Shown in pieces: positions 1 to 12,900 of a stretch of 64,000 nucleotides of DNA. The stretch spans positions 62,001 through 126,000 of the forward strand of contig CDRNVI010000149.1 of assembly GCA_977017575.1 (NCBI GenBank), in the 5' to 3' direction. The stretch comes from Paramoeba atlantica (taxonomy: Eukaryota > Protista > Discosea). Numbering within the stretch: position 1 is the first letter of the stretch; every line of letters starts with the position of its first letter. The translations under genes and the position numbers were made by a program. The notes beneath the pieces were generated by a model. The model had not been told where the DNA came from and ran no database searches. It worked only from the letters and a program-made list of their open reading frames with translations.

Positions 1-367
1 TATTGTTTTGCCGACGAAACCACAGGGGAAAAAGACCCACGCTCAAACACGCGTTTCCCGCTTTGGTTGACCAAAATATTACAAGTACCCCTCATAAAAT
101 TCGATCAAGAGGTGTTTGTTGGCACTAAAGTCGATCCCATTCTCCTTCTTCAAATCGAGAAAGTGCTCCAGCTGTGCACCTGCAGATAAAACACTTCTTC
201 GGGTGGTTGTGGGACCACGGAGAAACTCTTGGACAGATCATCTTGTCTCATCAAGGCCTGCTTCTTGGAGAGAGTAAGCGGTTTTACCGACATTGACGAA
301 GAATCCTGTGTCTCAAAATTAAAAACGCCCTGTACGATTAAACAGCCTTTTTCGAGCGGTTGATAAA
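1..367 (-). mobile_element. 5' end and N-terminal coding part of a Crypton-like tyrosine-recombinase element, runs off the window
   Basis: Minus frame SVQEFLRGPTTTRRSVLSAGAQLEHFLDLKKENGIDFSANKHLLIEFYEGYL*YF aligns with AVLHAGA*FEHFLQLKTEAGLDYAINEKLLIEFFEGYLWY in the YR relic at 32860-33645. Both share the upstream end TCAACC(A/G)CTCGAAAAAGGC (about 300-365 vs 33800-33862). Confidence 0.65.
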
Positions 368-373
368 CATCTG

Positions 374-377
374 TTTT

Positions 378-421
<44 letters not shown>

Positions 422-1860
422 CTTTTTTTTTTCTTTTTTTTTCTATTTTTCTATTTTTTTTCTTTTTTCTTTTTCTTTTCTTTTCTTTTCTTTTTCTTTT
501 TCTTTTCTTTTTTTTTTCTTTGTTTTCTTTTCTTTTCTTTTTCTTTTTTTTTTCTTTTTTTTTCTTTTTTTTTCTTTTTTTTTCTTTTATTTTTCTTTTT
601 TTCTTTTTTTCTTTTTTTCTTTTTTTTCTTTTCTTTTCCTTTTCCTTTTTTCTTTTTCTTTTTCTTTTTCTTCTTTTTCTTTTTCTTTTTCTTTTTCTTT
701 TTTTTTCTTTTTTTTTCTTCTTTTTCTCCTCTTCCTTCTTTTTTTCTTTCTTTTTTTTTTCTTTTTTTTTCTTCTTTTTCTTTCTTCTTCTTTTTTTTTC
801 TTTTTTTCTTTCTTTTTTTTTCTTTTTTTCTTTTCTTTTTTCTATTTTCTTTCTTTGTCTTTTTTTTTTTTTTTCCTTTTTCTCTTTTTTTTCTTTTTTT
901 TTTCTTTTTTCTTTTTTTCTTTTTTTCTTTTTCTTTTTTTTTCTTTTTTTTCTTTTCTTTTTCTTTTTTTTTTCTTTTTTTCTTTTCTTTTTTTTCTTTT
1001 CTTTTTCTTTTTTTTTTTTTTTCTTTTCTTTTCTTTTCTTTTCTCTTTTTTTTTCTTTTTTTTTCTGTGTTTTCTTTTTTCTTTTTTTCTTTTTTTCTTT
1101 TTTTCTTTTTTCTTTTTTCTTTTCTTTCTTTTTTCTTTTTTCTTTTCTTTCTTTTTCTTTTTTTTCTTTTTTTTTTTTCTTTTTTTTTCTTTTTTTTCTT
1201 TTTTCTTTTTTCTTTTCTTTTCTTTTTCTTTTTTTTCTTTCTTTTTTTTCTTTTCTTTTCTTTTCTTTTCTTTTCTTTTTTTTCTTTCTTTTTTTCTTTT
1301 CTTTCTGTGTTTTCTTTTTTCTTTTTTTCTTTTTTTCTTTTTTTCTTTTTTTCTTTTTTTCTTTTTTTCTTTTTTTCTTTTTCTTTTTTTTTCTTTTTCT
1401 TTTTTCTTCCTTTGTTTCTTCCTTTTTTTCCTTCCTTTTTTTTCCTTCTTTTTCTTAATTTCTTTCTTTATTTTTTCTTATTTTTTATTTTTTAAGAAAA
1501 GAAATTAAGAAGAAAAATAAGAAAAAAGAAAAAAGAAAAAAAAAAGAAAAAGAAAAAGAAAAAGAAAAGAAAAAAAAAAAAATTATGAAAAAATAAAAAA
1601 GAAAGAAAAAGAAAGAAAAAGAAAGAAAAAAAGAAAAAAATAACTAAAAAAAAGAAAAAAAAAAGAACAGAAAAAAAAGAAAAAAAAAAGAACAGAAAAA
1701 AAAGAAAAATAAGAAGAAAAAAAATATAAAAACAAGAAAAAAGAATTATTTTTCTTTCTTTTATTGACTTTTGTTTCTTTTACAAGACTCTTTCTTAGAT
1801 TTCTTTTTTTCTTTCTTCTCCTTTTCTGAAATTGGAAAAAAACTGGCCTTTTCAAATCTT
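374..1860. repeat. Low-complexity T/C tract followed by A/G tract
   Basis: Directly visible (T)nC runs 374-1490, then (A)nG runs 1500-1740. Confidence 0.95.
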
Positions 1861-2121
1861 TTTTTTATTTTGAGAAAAAGAAAGAAGAAAGTGTTCGATT
1901 TGGTAAGAATTTTTGGAGAATTTGGGTAATTTTTTTGACTTCTTTTTTTGAACCTCCTTCTTTTTGATTATGATTAACTAATTAATTATTAATATTGAAC
2001 TCAGAAAGTGGACCAGGTCTATTCCCAACAATTCCAACAACAACAACAAGGGAGAGAGGGAGTTTGCCACACTCTTGTTATGGTCTAATTTAGTTTCTTA
2101 ATTTGAAAGCAAGATTCATAT

Positions 2122-2157
2122 TCTCTGGGTACTAATTTTCAAATTAGTACCCAGAGA
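2122..2157. repeat. Perfect 17-bp-arm palindrome, copy 1 of a dispersed family
   Basis: TCTCTGGGTACTAATTT-TC-AAATTAGTACCCAGAGA; related copies at 3126-3175, 43458-43503 and 55801-55845. Confidence 0.9.
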
Positions 2158-2494
2158 GAATGAAAAAAAAGTGTCCACATTGCAAACACATGAAACTTAC
2201 TCCTTTTGATGTGATTGATCAGATAGGTACATGTTTTTTGTTTTGTTTTGGTTGTTTTGGTTGTTTTTGTGTGAGTTTTTGTTTTGTGTTTTTTTTTGTG
2301 TGTGTGTGTTTGTTGTGGGTTGAGGAGGGAGATGAAGAAACCTGTTCTTTGAAAAAAGTTGGCTCGGTCACTTGGTCTTTTTTTTTTATATTTATAATTC
2401 TAAAAAAAAAAAATGAAAATCTTACATAGAGGGAAAAAATAGTGGCAGTTGGTGTGGTGTGTGTTGTATGGGGTCTCTTTTTGGCATTATGTTG

Positions 2495-2510
2495 TGGGTT
2501 CTTTCTTTCT

Positions 2511-2542
<32 letters not shown>

Positions 2543-2600
2543 TCTATTTTTTCTTTTTCTTTTCTTTTTCTTTTTCTTTTTCTTTTTTTTCTTTTTTTTT

Positions 2601-2632
<32 letters not shown>

Positions 2633-2930
2633 TCTTTTTCTTTCTTTTTTTTTCTTTTCTTTTTTTTCTTTTTTTTTTGTGTTTTTTTTGTTTGTTTTTT
2701 TTTTTTTGTTTTTTTTTTTTTGTTTTTTTGTTTTTTTATTTTTTTGTTTTTTTGATTTTTGTTTTTTTTTTTTTCTTTTTTTCTCTTTTTTTCTTTTTTT
2801 TTTCTTTTTTCTCTTTTTTTCTTTTTTTTTTCTTTTCTTTTTCTTTTTTTCTTATTTTCTTTTTTTTTTCTTTTTTTTTTTCTTTTTTCTTTTTTTCTTT
2901 TTTTCTTTTTTTCTTTTTTTCTTTTTTTAT
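2495..2930. repeat. Low-complexity T-rich tract
   Basis: (T)nC and (T)nG runs. Confidence 0.9.
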
Positions 2931-3125
2931 TCTATTCCTGCGCTTTCTAATATGTTGAAAAACAAAAGAGAGAAAGAATTGAAATTTCTTTTTGTTTTAA
3001 GGAGCTGACTTTGTCTCTTTTGAAACTAGAAGCTACATTTATTCAAGTTCAATTCTTCCAAAAATCCATAAGTTTGTTTTTCTCTCCCCCATCTTTTCCT
3101 TTGACACAATGGTAAATGAATGGGT

Positions 3126-3175
3126 TCATTCTCTCTGGGTACTAATTTGAGAATTCAAGAACCCAGAGAGTATGA
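3126..3175. repeat. Palindrome family, copy 2
   Basis: TCATTCTCTCTGGGTACTAATTT...ACCCAGAGAGTATGA; the left 23 nt are the exact reverse complement of 2141-2163. Confidence 0.85.
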
Positions 3176-3699
3176 CTCAAATGCTCATGCCCATGTCTTC
3201 CGAAAGGAAAGAAAGAAGGAAAGGGAGAGCAAAGGAGAAAGAGAGGAAAAAAATAAATCCATAATTTTATCATCTCTTCTTCTTTGCGCCATTCTTTTCA
3301 GACACCTAAACAAGAAGGAAAAGGAAAAGAAGGAAAAGGAAAAGGGAAAAAAAAATAAAAAACAAAAACATAAAAAAAAAAAAAGAATGTAAAAAAAAAT
3401 TAAAAAAAAGATAAAAAGCCACAAAAAAAAGGACAAAAAGAACAAGAACCAAAAAAATAAAACAAAAAAAATAGCTCTTAATGTCAGCAAAGGGAGATCA
3501 CAAAAAAACCCACCAAAAAAAAAAATTGAAAATGACATGGCAGGAAGGTTTGTGACTCCCTTGCGGACATCAGCAAGGAAAAAGTTTACAATATTCAGTG
3601 TTTTGGTGTTTTTCTCTTCAAAAAGAAACAAAATAAATTGAAAATGAACATGGCAGGAGAAAGTTTGTGACTCAAGGTGCATTTTTCCATTTCACAATA

Positions 3700-4790
3700 T
3701 GCAATGCCTCGCGTCCACCAGCACCAGCACCAAAACACCGGTGTCGAGATGATCTGATGAACGTGCCTCGAAGAAGAACTGTTCCAAATCTGATCATTGC
3801 TTGGATCCCTAGGAAACGATAGGAGGAGGACCTTGGCCTTGATGACACGTCTGCACAGGTGCAAGAAATCACGAAAAATTCTTCCACAAAAAGAGACACT
3901 TTCCTTCGTGCCGCCTCACGCTTCTTGTACTGGGCAAGTGGAAAGGAGGTCCCATTCAACGAGCAATGCTTGGTCCGATATATTTGAATGAGTTCCTTTA
4001 CAACACATGTCCAACCCAGACGGTACTTGTGTTTTTTGATCTTGGCTCCTTTTTCACAGAAATTTCGCACCTGAAGAAATTTCTGATCCTCAAGCACGGT
4101 GCTGATCTTCGCCAGACCCCAGAGCTCAACAAGAGGTTGGTCAGCTTTCAGAAATGACACCTCCCCCATTAAAAGCAGGAGTTTTTTCTTATAAACATTT
4201 GAAACAATTCGCTGCGTGACCTGTCGAACCAAATGCTAAGCTTCGCGAAAACCAAGAGAACCTTCTTGCGTTTTGCTCTTTCTTCTTGTCTGAGTCGAAA
4301 ATTCAGAGAGATGGTGTCCTTAACTGTTGGAGACGTCGGAGAGTGACGCTTCCTCAACGAGAGAGGTGGTAATTTCTCTGGTCCGGACCAAAACTGGTGT
4401 TTCAGCACGTGAATACACTGTGAGAGGAGGTGAGTCTTGGGATATTGCGCAAGCAATGCAGGAACACCTTGTTGCTCTGAAGTCAACGTACCAAGAGGAT
4501 TTTCATCCAGAGACTCGCCTCTGGAACCGTTTTGATCTTCCGACAAACCGTTTTCAACGCTGTCCCATTGGAAAAAATCACTTGTCTTGAGACTGCATCT
4601 GCTGTTGCTCGTTACAATAAACTGTCTGGCTTTTTCAGTTCACATTCTTTTCGGAGAAGTCCAGCGATGGAAATGGCGATTGCAGGTTAATGGAACTCCA
4701 GCAAGATTGCTCGAGGCTATATCAGCAACACCGAGAATCAAAGGAGCCGTACTGCCTCTCTTCTTCAAGGAGGTCTTCTCTCTTCCTCTT
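3700..4790 (+). mobile_element. Degenerate Crypton-like tyrosine recombinase with frameshifts and stops
   Basis: Motifs in order across frames: FLRAASRFLYW (SAM-like), HLKKFLILKHGADLRQTPEL, REMVSLTVGDV, VISLVRTKTG (about 4375-4395), RLWNRF..RFQRCPIGKNHLS, SSHSFRRSPAMEMAIAG (4643), WNSSKIARGYI (catalytic Tyr). No RT nearby. Confidence 0.8.
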
Positions 4791-6278
4791 CCTCTTCCTC
4801 TTCCTCTCCCTCTCCCTCTTCCTCTCCCTCTCCCTCTCCCTCTCCCTCTTCCTCTTCCTCTTCCTCTTCCTCCAGCTCTGTGAGAATGGATAAAAAAAAA
4901 GAATAACCTCCATATGAGGGATATGAGGGCGAAGCGAATCAACGTGGGGGTCCCAAGAATGTGTGTGTGTGTGTGTTCTTCCACTCGCGCGGCTGCGTGC
5001 AAAAAGAAAACAAACTGAAAAAAAGAGCCCAAAAAAAGAGAGAGGGACACCACACTCCCCGTGTCAGCCCAAAAAAAAGAGCCCCAATCTCAACCCGGTT
5101 ATCTGGTTTTCCCTCCGTCCATTGGCGGTTGGTGACTTCCCTCTCTTTCTTCTTCTTCTTTCTTCCTCCCCTTCTTTTTTCCTCCCCTTCTTTCTTCCTC
5201 CCCTTCTTTCTTCCTCCTTCTTCTTCTTCCTTTACAATCACAAGGCCATCAGAAAGATATTCTTCTATTATTATTTGTTGTTAGGCACACAATGGAATGG
5301 AAGCTGCCCTCGAACCTTACTTACCGTGGCTACTCCTCGCTCCTCGCTCCTCGCTCCTGTCCCACAACACACCATAGTAGTGAAAGCAAGAAGAGACACC
5401 ACCCCCAATCCACAGGTTTTTTTTTTCTTTTTTCCCTTCTTATTTTTCTTGTTTTTTTTTTTTATCTTTTTTTTCTATCTCCTTCCCCCTCCCCTCTTTA
5501 CTCTTCTCTTCACTTTTCATTCCTGTTTTTTTTTTTATTTTTTTCTATCTATCTATCTCAAAAAACATTAAAAAAATGCAAACCTTGAGTTGTGAGAGAG
5601 TATTGATTTCCGAACATCAAAATAATTAGACAACAACACTCACACACCCCGTAAAAAACAACTAGAGATTTTAATTTGTTCGAGATTTTTTAAACCTACC
5701 AATGAATGCCCAAGAAAAACAAAATCTATTTTTTTTTTGTCTCCACACAACCAGAAGAAAAACTAAAAAAAAAAAGTAGGGCGCACGTGACAAAATTGAC
5801 AATTTTTTTGTAAATTTTGAGATTGAGAAGAAGAAGAGAGGCTCTCGCGATTTAGTTGTTTTATTTGTTTTGAAGAACGTTTCTTTTTATCAAAGAAGTG
5901 AAGAAGAAAAATTCTTTTTTTTGTTGAATCTCCCTTTTTTTTTTGTTGAAAAAAAAAAGGAAAGATGACTTGTGGTAAAATATCTTCTTTCTTTCTTTTT
6001 CGTCTCTTTCTCTCGTCTCTTCTCTCTCTCTCTCTCTCTCTCTTCTCTCATCTCCCTGTCTCCCAGAAACCTTTTTTTATTTTATTTTCTCTTTTCCCCT
6101 CTTGTCTCTTTATTTAAAAAAAATTGACTTTTTTTTTTAGTTTCAAATTTTTTACCGTTACTTTCTCGTTTTTCAAATAATTTCAAACCCGCCCGCCTCT
6201 ACTTCTCTCTTTCTCTTTTCTTTTTTCTTTTTTCGTTTCGCTTCTCTCAATTTTGAATCACCTCATCCTGCAAAAGAC

Positions 6279-6998
6279 ATGCAGTCGCCTGTTATCCCAA
6301 TCTGTCTCTCCAATGGAAAAAAAGAAAGCCAATTTTGTGTGGTTTGACATCTCTTTTTTCTTTTTCTTCCTTTTTTTCTTCCCTTCTTTCCTCTTATCTT
6401 ATCGTTTTTTTTTTGTGGGGCAAATCACAGGAAAAAATCATCAATGAAGATACGATAAAGGGAATCACGAAAGTGGTTCTCAAAGGGACCCTTGCTCGTA
6501 CGGAAGCTTTTTATTTGAAAGGGTTTCAAGAAGAAGCAAACCCGGTGGAATTCAATATTCTGCAAAACGTTCCGGAAGAAATTTGTGTGAAAGTTCTTTT
6601 TCTCCCATCTCTTTCTTTCTCCTTTTTCACCTTTCTTTGTCTCTTCTCTCATTTTTTTTTAAAAAAAAAATAGCCATTCCATTCATTTTTAATCCATTTT
6701 GAATGGACCGGAATCCGATTTTGGGGGATGTTGCTCCCGGATCGAGGGTTGACACTCGATTGGTATATTGATTACCACACACCACCAGATGTTCTTTTCT
6801 TTTTTTTCTTTTTTTTTAATGATTTTCATTCTTTGATAAATTCTTTAGGCAATTAAAAGAGGAATCGTAAATTCGTTATTAAGATGTGTATATTATCTCA
6901 AAGTATTCTTTTGTTTAATTCTCTCTTCCTTTTTGTTCTTTCTTCCTTTTTTTCCTTTTTTTTTCTTGCCTTCTCTTTCTTGATTTTTTTTTTTTCAG

Positions 6999-7068
<70 letters not shown>

Positions 7069-7957
7069 TTTTTAAAAGATGTGTTTTCTCTCACACACAC
7101 TATTTTATTTTTTTCTCCTCCCCCCTTCTTTTGATTAAAAAAATAATATTCCAGCAGATCAATTTAATCCACCGAGACATCAAACCAACCAATATTGTAA
7201 TGGCTGGTAAAGGTTATTATTTCCAATCTTTTTTTTTTTGACTACTCCCACTCTCTTTTCTCTCCCTTTAAAAAAACTCCTCTTCTCCGTTCTTACATAT
7301 TTTTTGCAGCATCAGTCCGGCTAATTGATTTTGAATTTGCCAAAGCTCCAAATCCCAAAAAGAATGGAAAATTAAAAATTCAGACTAATGTTGGCACTGA
7401 ATATTTTAAAGCTCCGGAGATTGGAGGGAAGAAAGGATACGATTTTTCGGTTGATTTGTTCAGGTCGCCTTTTATTTTTTTTTAGCATTTTTTGGTCTGG
7501 GGAGGGAGAGAGGGGGATTTTTCAGTCAAAGAATGTTCACAAATTATTTTTATTGATTCGTTATTTGATTTTTTTTTTAAAAAAATAGTACTGGGAGGAC
7601 AATTATATTTATGTTTACGACATTTTTGGGTGAAACATTTCTGGAGACTATTAATGCGTTAGATAAGCAAGCGAAAACAATCCTCCCTAAAGGTTTCTTT
7701 TTATTTTTCACTACACACCTCCTCTTTGTGATGTATATATTACATTTTTGAATTTATTTTTTGCACACACAGATATAGAAGAGTTAGTTTTAGTGTTAAC
7801 ACATAAGAATTCGACAAAAAGAGGGAATATCCAACAGATTTTGTCTCAATTTTCGCATTTAATTACATTTGGAACTCTCTCCCTCCTTGAACACTTATCT
7901 TCTTCTTCTTCTTCCTCTTCCTCTTCCTCTTCCTCTTCTCTTTCCTTTCCTTCCCTC

Positions 7958-7989
<32 letters not shown>

Positions 7990-8284
7990 CTCCTCTTCCT
8001 CCTCTTCCTCCTCTTCCTCCTCTTCCTCCTCTTCCTCTTCCTTGACCACCAAGAGAAAAAAGAAGGGTTTAAAAATTTTATTCTCTCTCTCTTTACAACC
8101 AAACACACAAACAACACACAAAAAAAAATCTTAATTATTTCCATAACAGCAACAGCACCCCGTAAATAAAAAAATGAGGAAATGCAATCTTCAAGTGGTC
8201 AATGATATTCAATGGTGGGGAGAAGCCAAAACAAAAACTGAAGATTGGGAAGAAAAACCTCACCCAAGACGATTTTACTTTTGA
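6279..8284 (+). CDS. Multi-exon protein kinase with DFE motif, poly-Ser tract and short C-terminal tail
   Basis: Spliced reading: FYLKGFQEE; IHRDIKPTNIV (about 7165-7200); LIDFEFAK; VGTEYFKAPE; YDFSVDLFS; poly-Ser 7890-8040; ends RRFYF* (TGA 8282-8284). GT-AG introns sit at the same positions as in the paralog at 19092. Start codon uncertain. Confidence 0.85.
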
Positions 8285-8419
8285 CCTTTATTTTTTATTT
8301 TCTTTTTTTTAAGTCTCAATAAAATGATTTCTTTTTTGAAAAATAGAGAAGAAAGAGTGGTGGCGGGGCACTCATTTTTTTCTTTTGAGGTGAAAAAGAG
8401 AAGCTAGACTTTTTCCTCT

Positions 8420-8467
8420 CCCTTTCTGCAGGGGAAGTACTTCCCCTTTCTGCAGGGGAAGTACTTC
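8420..8467. repeat. 24-bp tandem duplication containing a 16-bp palindrome
   Basis: CCCTTTCTGCAGGGGAAGTACTTC x2; GGGGAAGTACTTCCCC at 8431-8446. Confidence 0.9.
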
Positions 8468-8594
8468 AGTTTTGGAAAAATCTTGCCTCCTGAGCAAAAC
8501 AAAAATCAATCTATTTTCATTCAAAAATGAAATTTTTTTGAAAAAAAAAAAGAAGAGTGTTGTTAGTGCTCTCTCTATCTCTCCCCTATCATTA

Positions 8595-9014
8595 TCACCT
8601 AAGAGGAGGGGCGCTTGGGCTCCGACGCTGGATTTCCACTATTTCGTTTGAAAATCCAACTCTCTTCTTCGCCACCTCTTTATGTTTGGTCAAATTGGAT
8701 CTGTTATTGGGAATCCGTATTAAAGAAAAACAAAAGGGATGATGTTGTGAGAACAAAAAAAAATTACAGTTCGATTTCATTTTTTCTCAGAGTCCTGAGA
8801 ATGCGTCTAAAGAGAAGAGTGATGAGAGAGAGAGAGAGAGAGGAACAAGAGAGAAAAAGGGAGGGAATAAGGAGAAAGAAAAATCCCTCACCGATACTCA
8901 TTTGCTCTTTCCAAAATCCATGAAATTTCAGTTTGAGGAAACCCAACAATTACCTCTATGTCAAAGCTCTGAAAAAAAGAGGATGAGTGAAAAAAAGAAA
9001 AAAGAAAGGACAGG

Positions 9015-9054
<40 letters not shown>

Positions 9055-9497
9055 TGATGATAGAAGAAAAAAACACCAGGATTGAATATCGCGAGAAGAG
9101 GTGGCATAAAAAGTTCAAAAAATTCATTCCTTTCAGCCACCCTCGAAAAATTTGTTCGATTGTTTCGCCTATTTTTTTTTTGTATTTTTTTTTAAAGGTG
9201 GAGAGGAGCTCATAAAGCAACTTTTGTGAATCGATGAACAAATTTTTTTTTTTAAAAAAAAAACCCTTCCATTGTCCGCAAACAAGCTGGAATGCTGTTA
9301 GGGGCAAGGGGTCGCAACTCTTCCCTTGAGAAAGTAGCAGGAGCTTCTTTAAGGGAGCATCGCTTACATAAGAATGGATAATCGACAAGAGCTCAAACTA
9401 TTAATTTATGTGAACAAAAAAAGAGAAACGAAAAAAAAAAAAAAAAAAACGAGAAACAACGAACTTGTCTTTGTTCATCAATAATCTCCGGGTCCAT
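8595..9497 (-). CDS. Small multi-exon gene, unknown function
   Basis: Exons bounded by GT-AG introns that are T-rich on the minus strand: MDPEIIDEQRQ / FELLSIIHSY...AFQLVCGQWK / ETIEQIFRGW... / SFDIEVIVGFPQTEISWILERANEYR / RILRTLRKNEIEL / SNLTKHKEVAKKRVGF...PPLR*. Confidence 0.6.
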
Positions 9498-9750
9498 CTT
9501 GAAAAGAAAAACAACAAAAGAAAAAGAACAACAAAAACAACAACAAAAAAAAACACACCACAATCGGTTCTTCTTTCCTTTCCTTCCCCCATTGAACCCC
9601 TTCAGCAGTTCAAGGCAAAAAATGGGAATCGTAAACTGAAAATGATCCCAATCTTTTGGAAGTAAAATTTCGAAAACTTGTGCTTTTTTATTCCTTTTTT
9701 TTGTTTTTTTTTTTCCTTTTTTTTTTCTTTCTTTTTTATCTTCTTCTTCT

Positions 9751-9966
9751 TGTAAATGTTCGTTTTATTTTGGGTGTAGAAAATAAAGCACAAAGTCAAA
9801 CGAAATCGTAAAAGATATAGTCTAAAAGGAAAACAGGAAAGCAGCAGCAAAAGCAGAAAACAGCAAACGTTTCCGTTCGCGGTTCCTTGTTTGCACGTTT
9901 TCCGGTTTGACCAAGAGAATCGAGAGAGTTTTGTTTTCGAAGCTGCAAAGGATTTCCGTATTTACA
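9751..9966 (+). mobile_element. Solo LTR, internally deleted, with 4-bp TSD
   Basis: TGTAAAT...ATTTACA termini, TTCT on both flanks; homologous to 31725-32195 and 22575-22985. Confidence 0.85.
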
Positions 9967-9982
9967 TTCTTTAGTATTATTA

Positions 9983-12900
9983 ATTTTAAAATCCAGATTC
10001 AAGAGAGTTCAAGAGTGTACAAATTGAAAAAGTTGTCAAATTGAAGTTTTGGGAAATCGCAGAAAATGGTTTGGAGAAGTGGTGAGGAGAAGGAGCCCTC
10101 TGTTGTTCCATCTCATCATCTCAGCGAGTCTGTGAGGAAACCTTTTCCAAGCAGGTAAAAAACCTCACCATTTCCAAGTCTGTTATCAGTCCGCCCACCG
10201 CTCAAGGTAATCTTTTAATTCCTTTGTACCTTCCAGGTTTTCTTCCAGTGGATGGGTTGGATTTCCAGAGCGGTATATTGTTGATATCCGTCATATTGTC
10301 TTTCAGAGATAATTTCTGTTGTACCTCGCTCAGACTTCTCTGTCCATCTCCTAGCAGGAGTTCTTTTTCTTCAATCACAACATCTCGTCTCATAATGAAT
10401 TCTTTGAACTTGCACCATAACCCTTTTTTTGATGCATCCACGGGGATATAGAATGTTTTTCTGAAATTTGGGGTGAACAAGCATTGGTATTTTCGCAATT
10501 GTTTCCTTCATTTCCTGAAATTCATTATTCTGCCTCTTTAGTCCATCCAAATGATGGTTGTAGCAGTAATTCTCGAAGGTGGTATGTTTTTTTGGGAACA
10601 GCTGTGGATGGATCTCCTACACCAACTGACTAATCCCAAGAATGATTGTAATTCCTTTTGATTAGCTGGTTGTGGAAAGTGTTTTATGGCCTTGACTTTC
10701 TTGTCATTAGCCAAAATTCCATCCTTTGTTGCTGTACATCCAAGTAATGCGAAAGATCTTTGACAAAGCTTCACTTTACTCAGGTTAATTCGCAACTTAT
10801 TTTTCTTAAGTCTTCCCAGTACTTTCTCTACTAGTGATTGAATATGTTCCTCAAAGGTTTTTGAGAAGATAACAATATCATCAACATAATTGATACATAT
10901 ATATATATGTAAACCAGTGAAGTATTGTGTCCATGAAATGCTGCTGTGTTGCCAGAGCATTTGTTAATCCGAATGGCATTGAATTCCGTTCCTACAGCCC
11001 GAATTGTGAAGCAAAAGCCGTTTTTTCTTTGTCCTCCTCTTGGATTGGGATTGACTAAAATACTTCAGTCATATCCAATGTTGAAAAGAATGAGGATTCA
11101 CCCAGGTATGACAACACATCATTAATTTTTTTGGTATTGGATAACTCCATTTCTTAGTCCTTTCATTTAATTAATTCTCTGTAATCCACACAGAATCAGA
11201 CTTTCTCATTTGCTTTTGCCACCAACATGATTGGGCTATCGTATGGTGAATTTGATGGTTGGATGACTCTTCTCTTGGCCATCTCGTTGATATATTTTCC
11301 CTCAATTGTCCGTTTTGCAACATCCTTTGTTCGATAGTTGCGTCTCAAGGGCTCTTGTTTCTTATCCTTGAGTTCAATTCTAAACTCAGTTGCATCTGTG
11401 TGCAATTGGAGCATCACTCGGTATGTCCCACATTTCTTTGTATTTTTCAAAGAGTTTCCAGAGTTGGATTGTTTGATCAAGAGTGAGATCACTGAATATG
11501 AGGCCAGTTTTCTTTGCAAACTCCTCATATTCCTCTGCTGACCTGACCCTCCTTTAACAGGAGGATATTTGCTAAAGAGCATTAAGCACAAAACGCTATT
11601 TCTCCTGAGAATTCCCAATTCCCTTGGTTGCGCATGTGTTTTGCCATTCCATGGCAGTCCTCTTGAGGCTGTAGTTTCTGGAGTGACCAATTTGTCTTTA
11701 TACATTCTTTTGTCTGACTCCTTTTGGTGAAGTTTTTTCGACAATTCTCCGAAATATTCATCAACTGGTCTTTTATCAAGAGGTTTTGCAATGGTTTGTT
11801 CTGCATCCTCTTCTGTAACATTAATGTGTTTTACAACATGTAGACCCTTTTTCAAGCGAGAATGAGGTATTTCCAACATTCATAATCTCAATTCAGGCAG
11901 TGTATATATATTGTCTCACATGATCAAATCTCAGGTGCATCAAGCCTGGCATGACGATTAAACTTGAATTGAGACGTGAGATTCCCTTCACATACCCACC
12001 TGTATCTGGAAGAGCTTTCCCTTTCAGTCTGACCTCAACTGTTGAGATTGATCTAGGATCCAATCTTGTTTGTGTAGTTATTTTTAATTCTCCAATTTCT
12101 CCAGGATTGGGGGTTATTGCTTGTGCATAGGTCCCATTTTGACCTTTTATTACCGGAAATCTGATAATTTCATTGTTTATCAACCATCAAAACTCAATTT
12201 GTCCTTCGTCAAAGTCGAGGACAGCACCGACTTTTGATAAGAATGGGGTTCGGAAGATAACATCTGATGAAAGTTCGTCCAGTACGACAAACCAATGCCT
12301 TTTTCTTCCTCCAGAAATGTCAATTTCCGGGAGAACTTCCTCAGGTTGGCAGTAACTGATAATTTGTCAGCCAATGAAATGCAATTGCCTTTGTAAGGTC
12401 TTTGGAGTTTCGGGGTTGCTTTGTTCAAAAATGTTTTTGACACAACGTCTATTCCACAAAGCCCCAGAATCACAGAGTGCTTGTGTAGTAATTTCCAGCA
12501 AGGTATGTTGAATAGTTTGTCTTTTATTTGGCATATTTTAGGACACTCAAGTCTCTTACTAGGTCACCAATATGGACTGTGAAACCTTCTTCAGTCATCT
12601 TGACCATTATCTTGTGATCCTTCTTTATGAGTAAATTCCTTTCTCCTCGCAAAAAAAATTGACAAACCACCCATCTCTTTTCTCCCGTCTCATTTCAACC
12701 AGAATGAAACAGGACTTTGAAGAATGTCCTTCTCCACAAAGAAAACAGGTTTGGGGTCGGTCTCCTTTGGCCCTCCTTCCCTTGTCTCTCTATACTCATC
12801 TGGTTCTTCTGACAGACACTTTGTTTAGGCTCCGAGGACCAGCCACAGCCTGAGCAAACTCAACTTGTGCCAGAAAAGTTTGAACTAACTCGTTCCATTT

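Noticed and set aside
360-1508. Long Phe-rich ORFs, also at 2442-3008, 40028-41182, 51876-52783 and elsewhere, and their Lys/Arg-rich antisense ORFs
   Set aside because: They arise from stop-free T/C or A/G low-complexity DNA and have no protein-like composition.
2160-2230. KCPHCKH as a BED zinc finger
   Set aside because: There is no downstream His/Cys pair, and the opposite strand matches the paralogous exon at about 31250.
9983-10110. Repeat read as the left end of the DDE transposon at 13750
   Set aside because: The two copies flank gag-pol in direct orientation with a TG start and adjacent PBS-like site, so they are LTRs.
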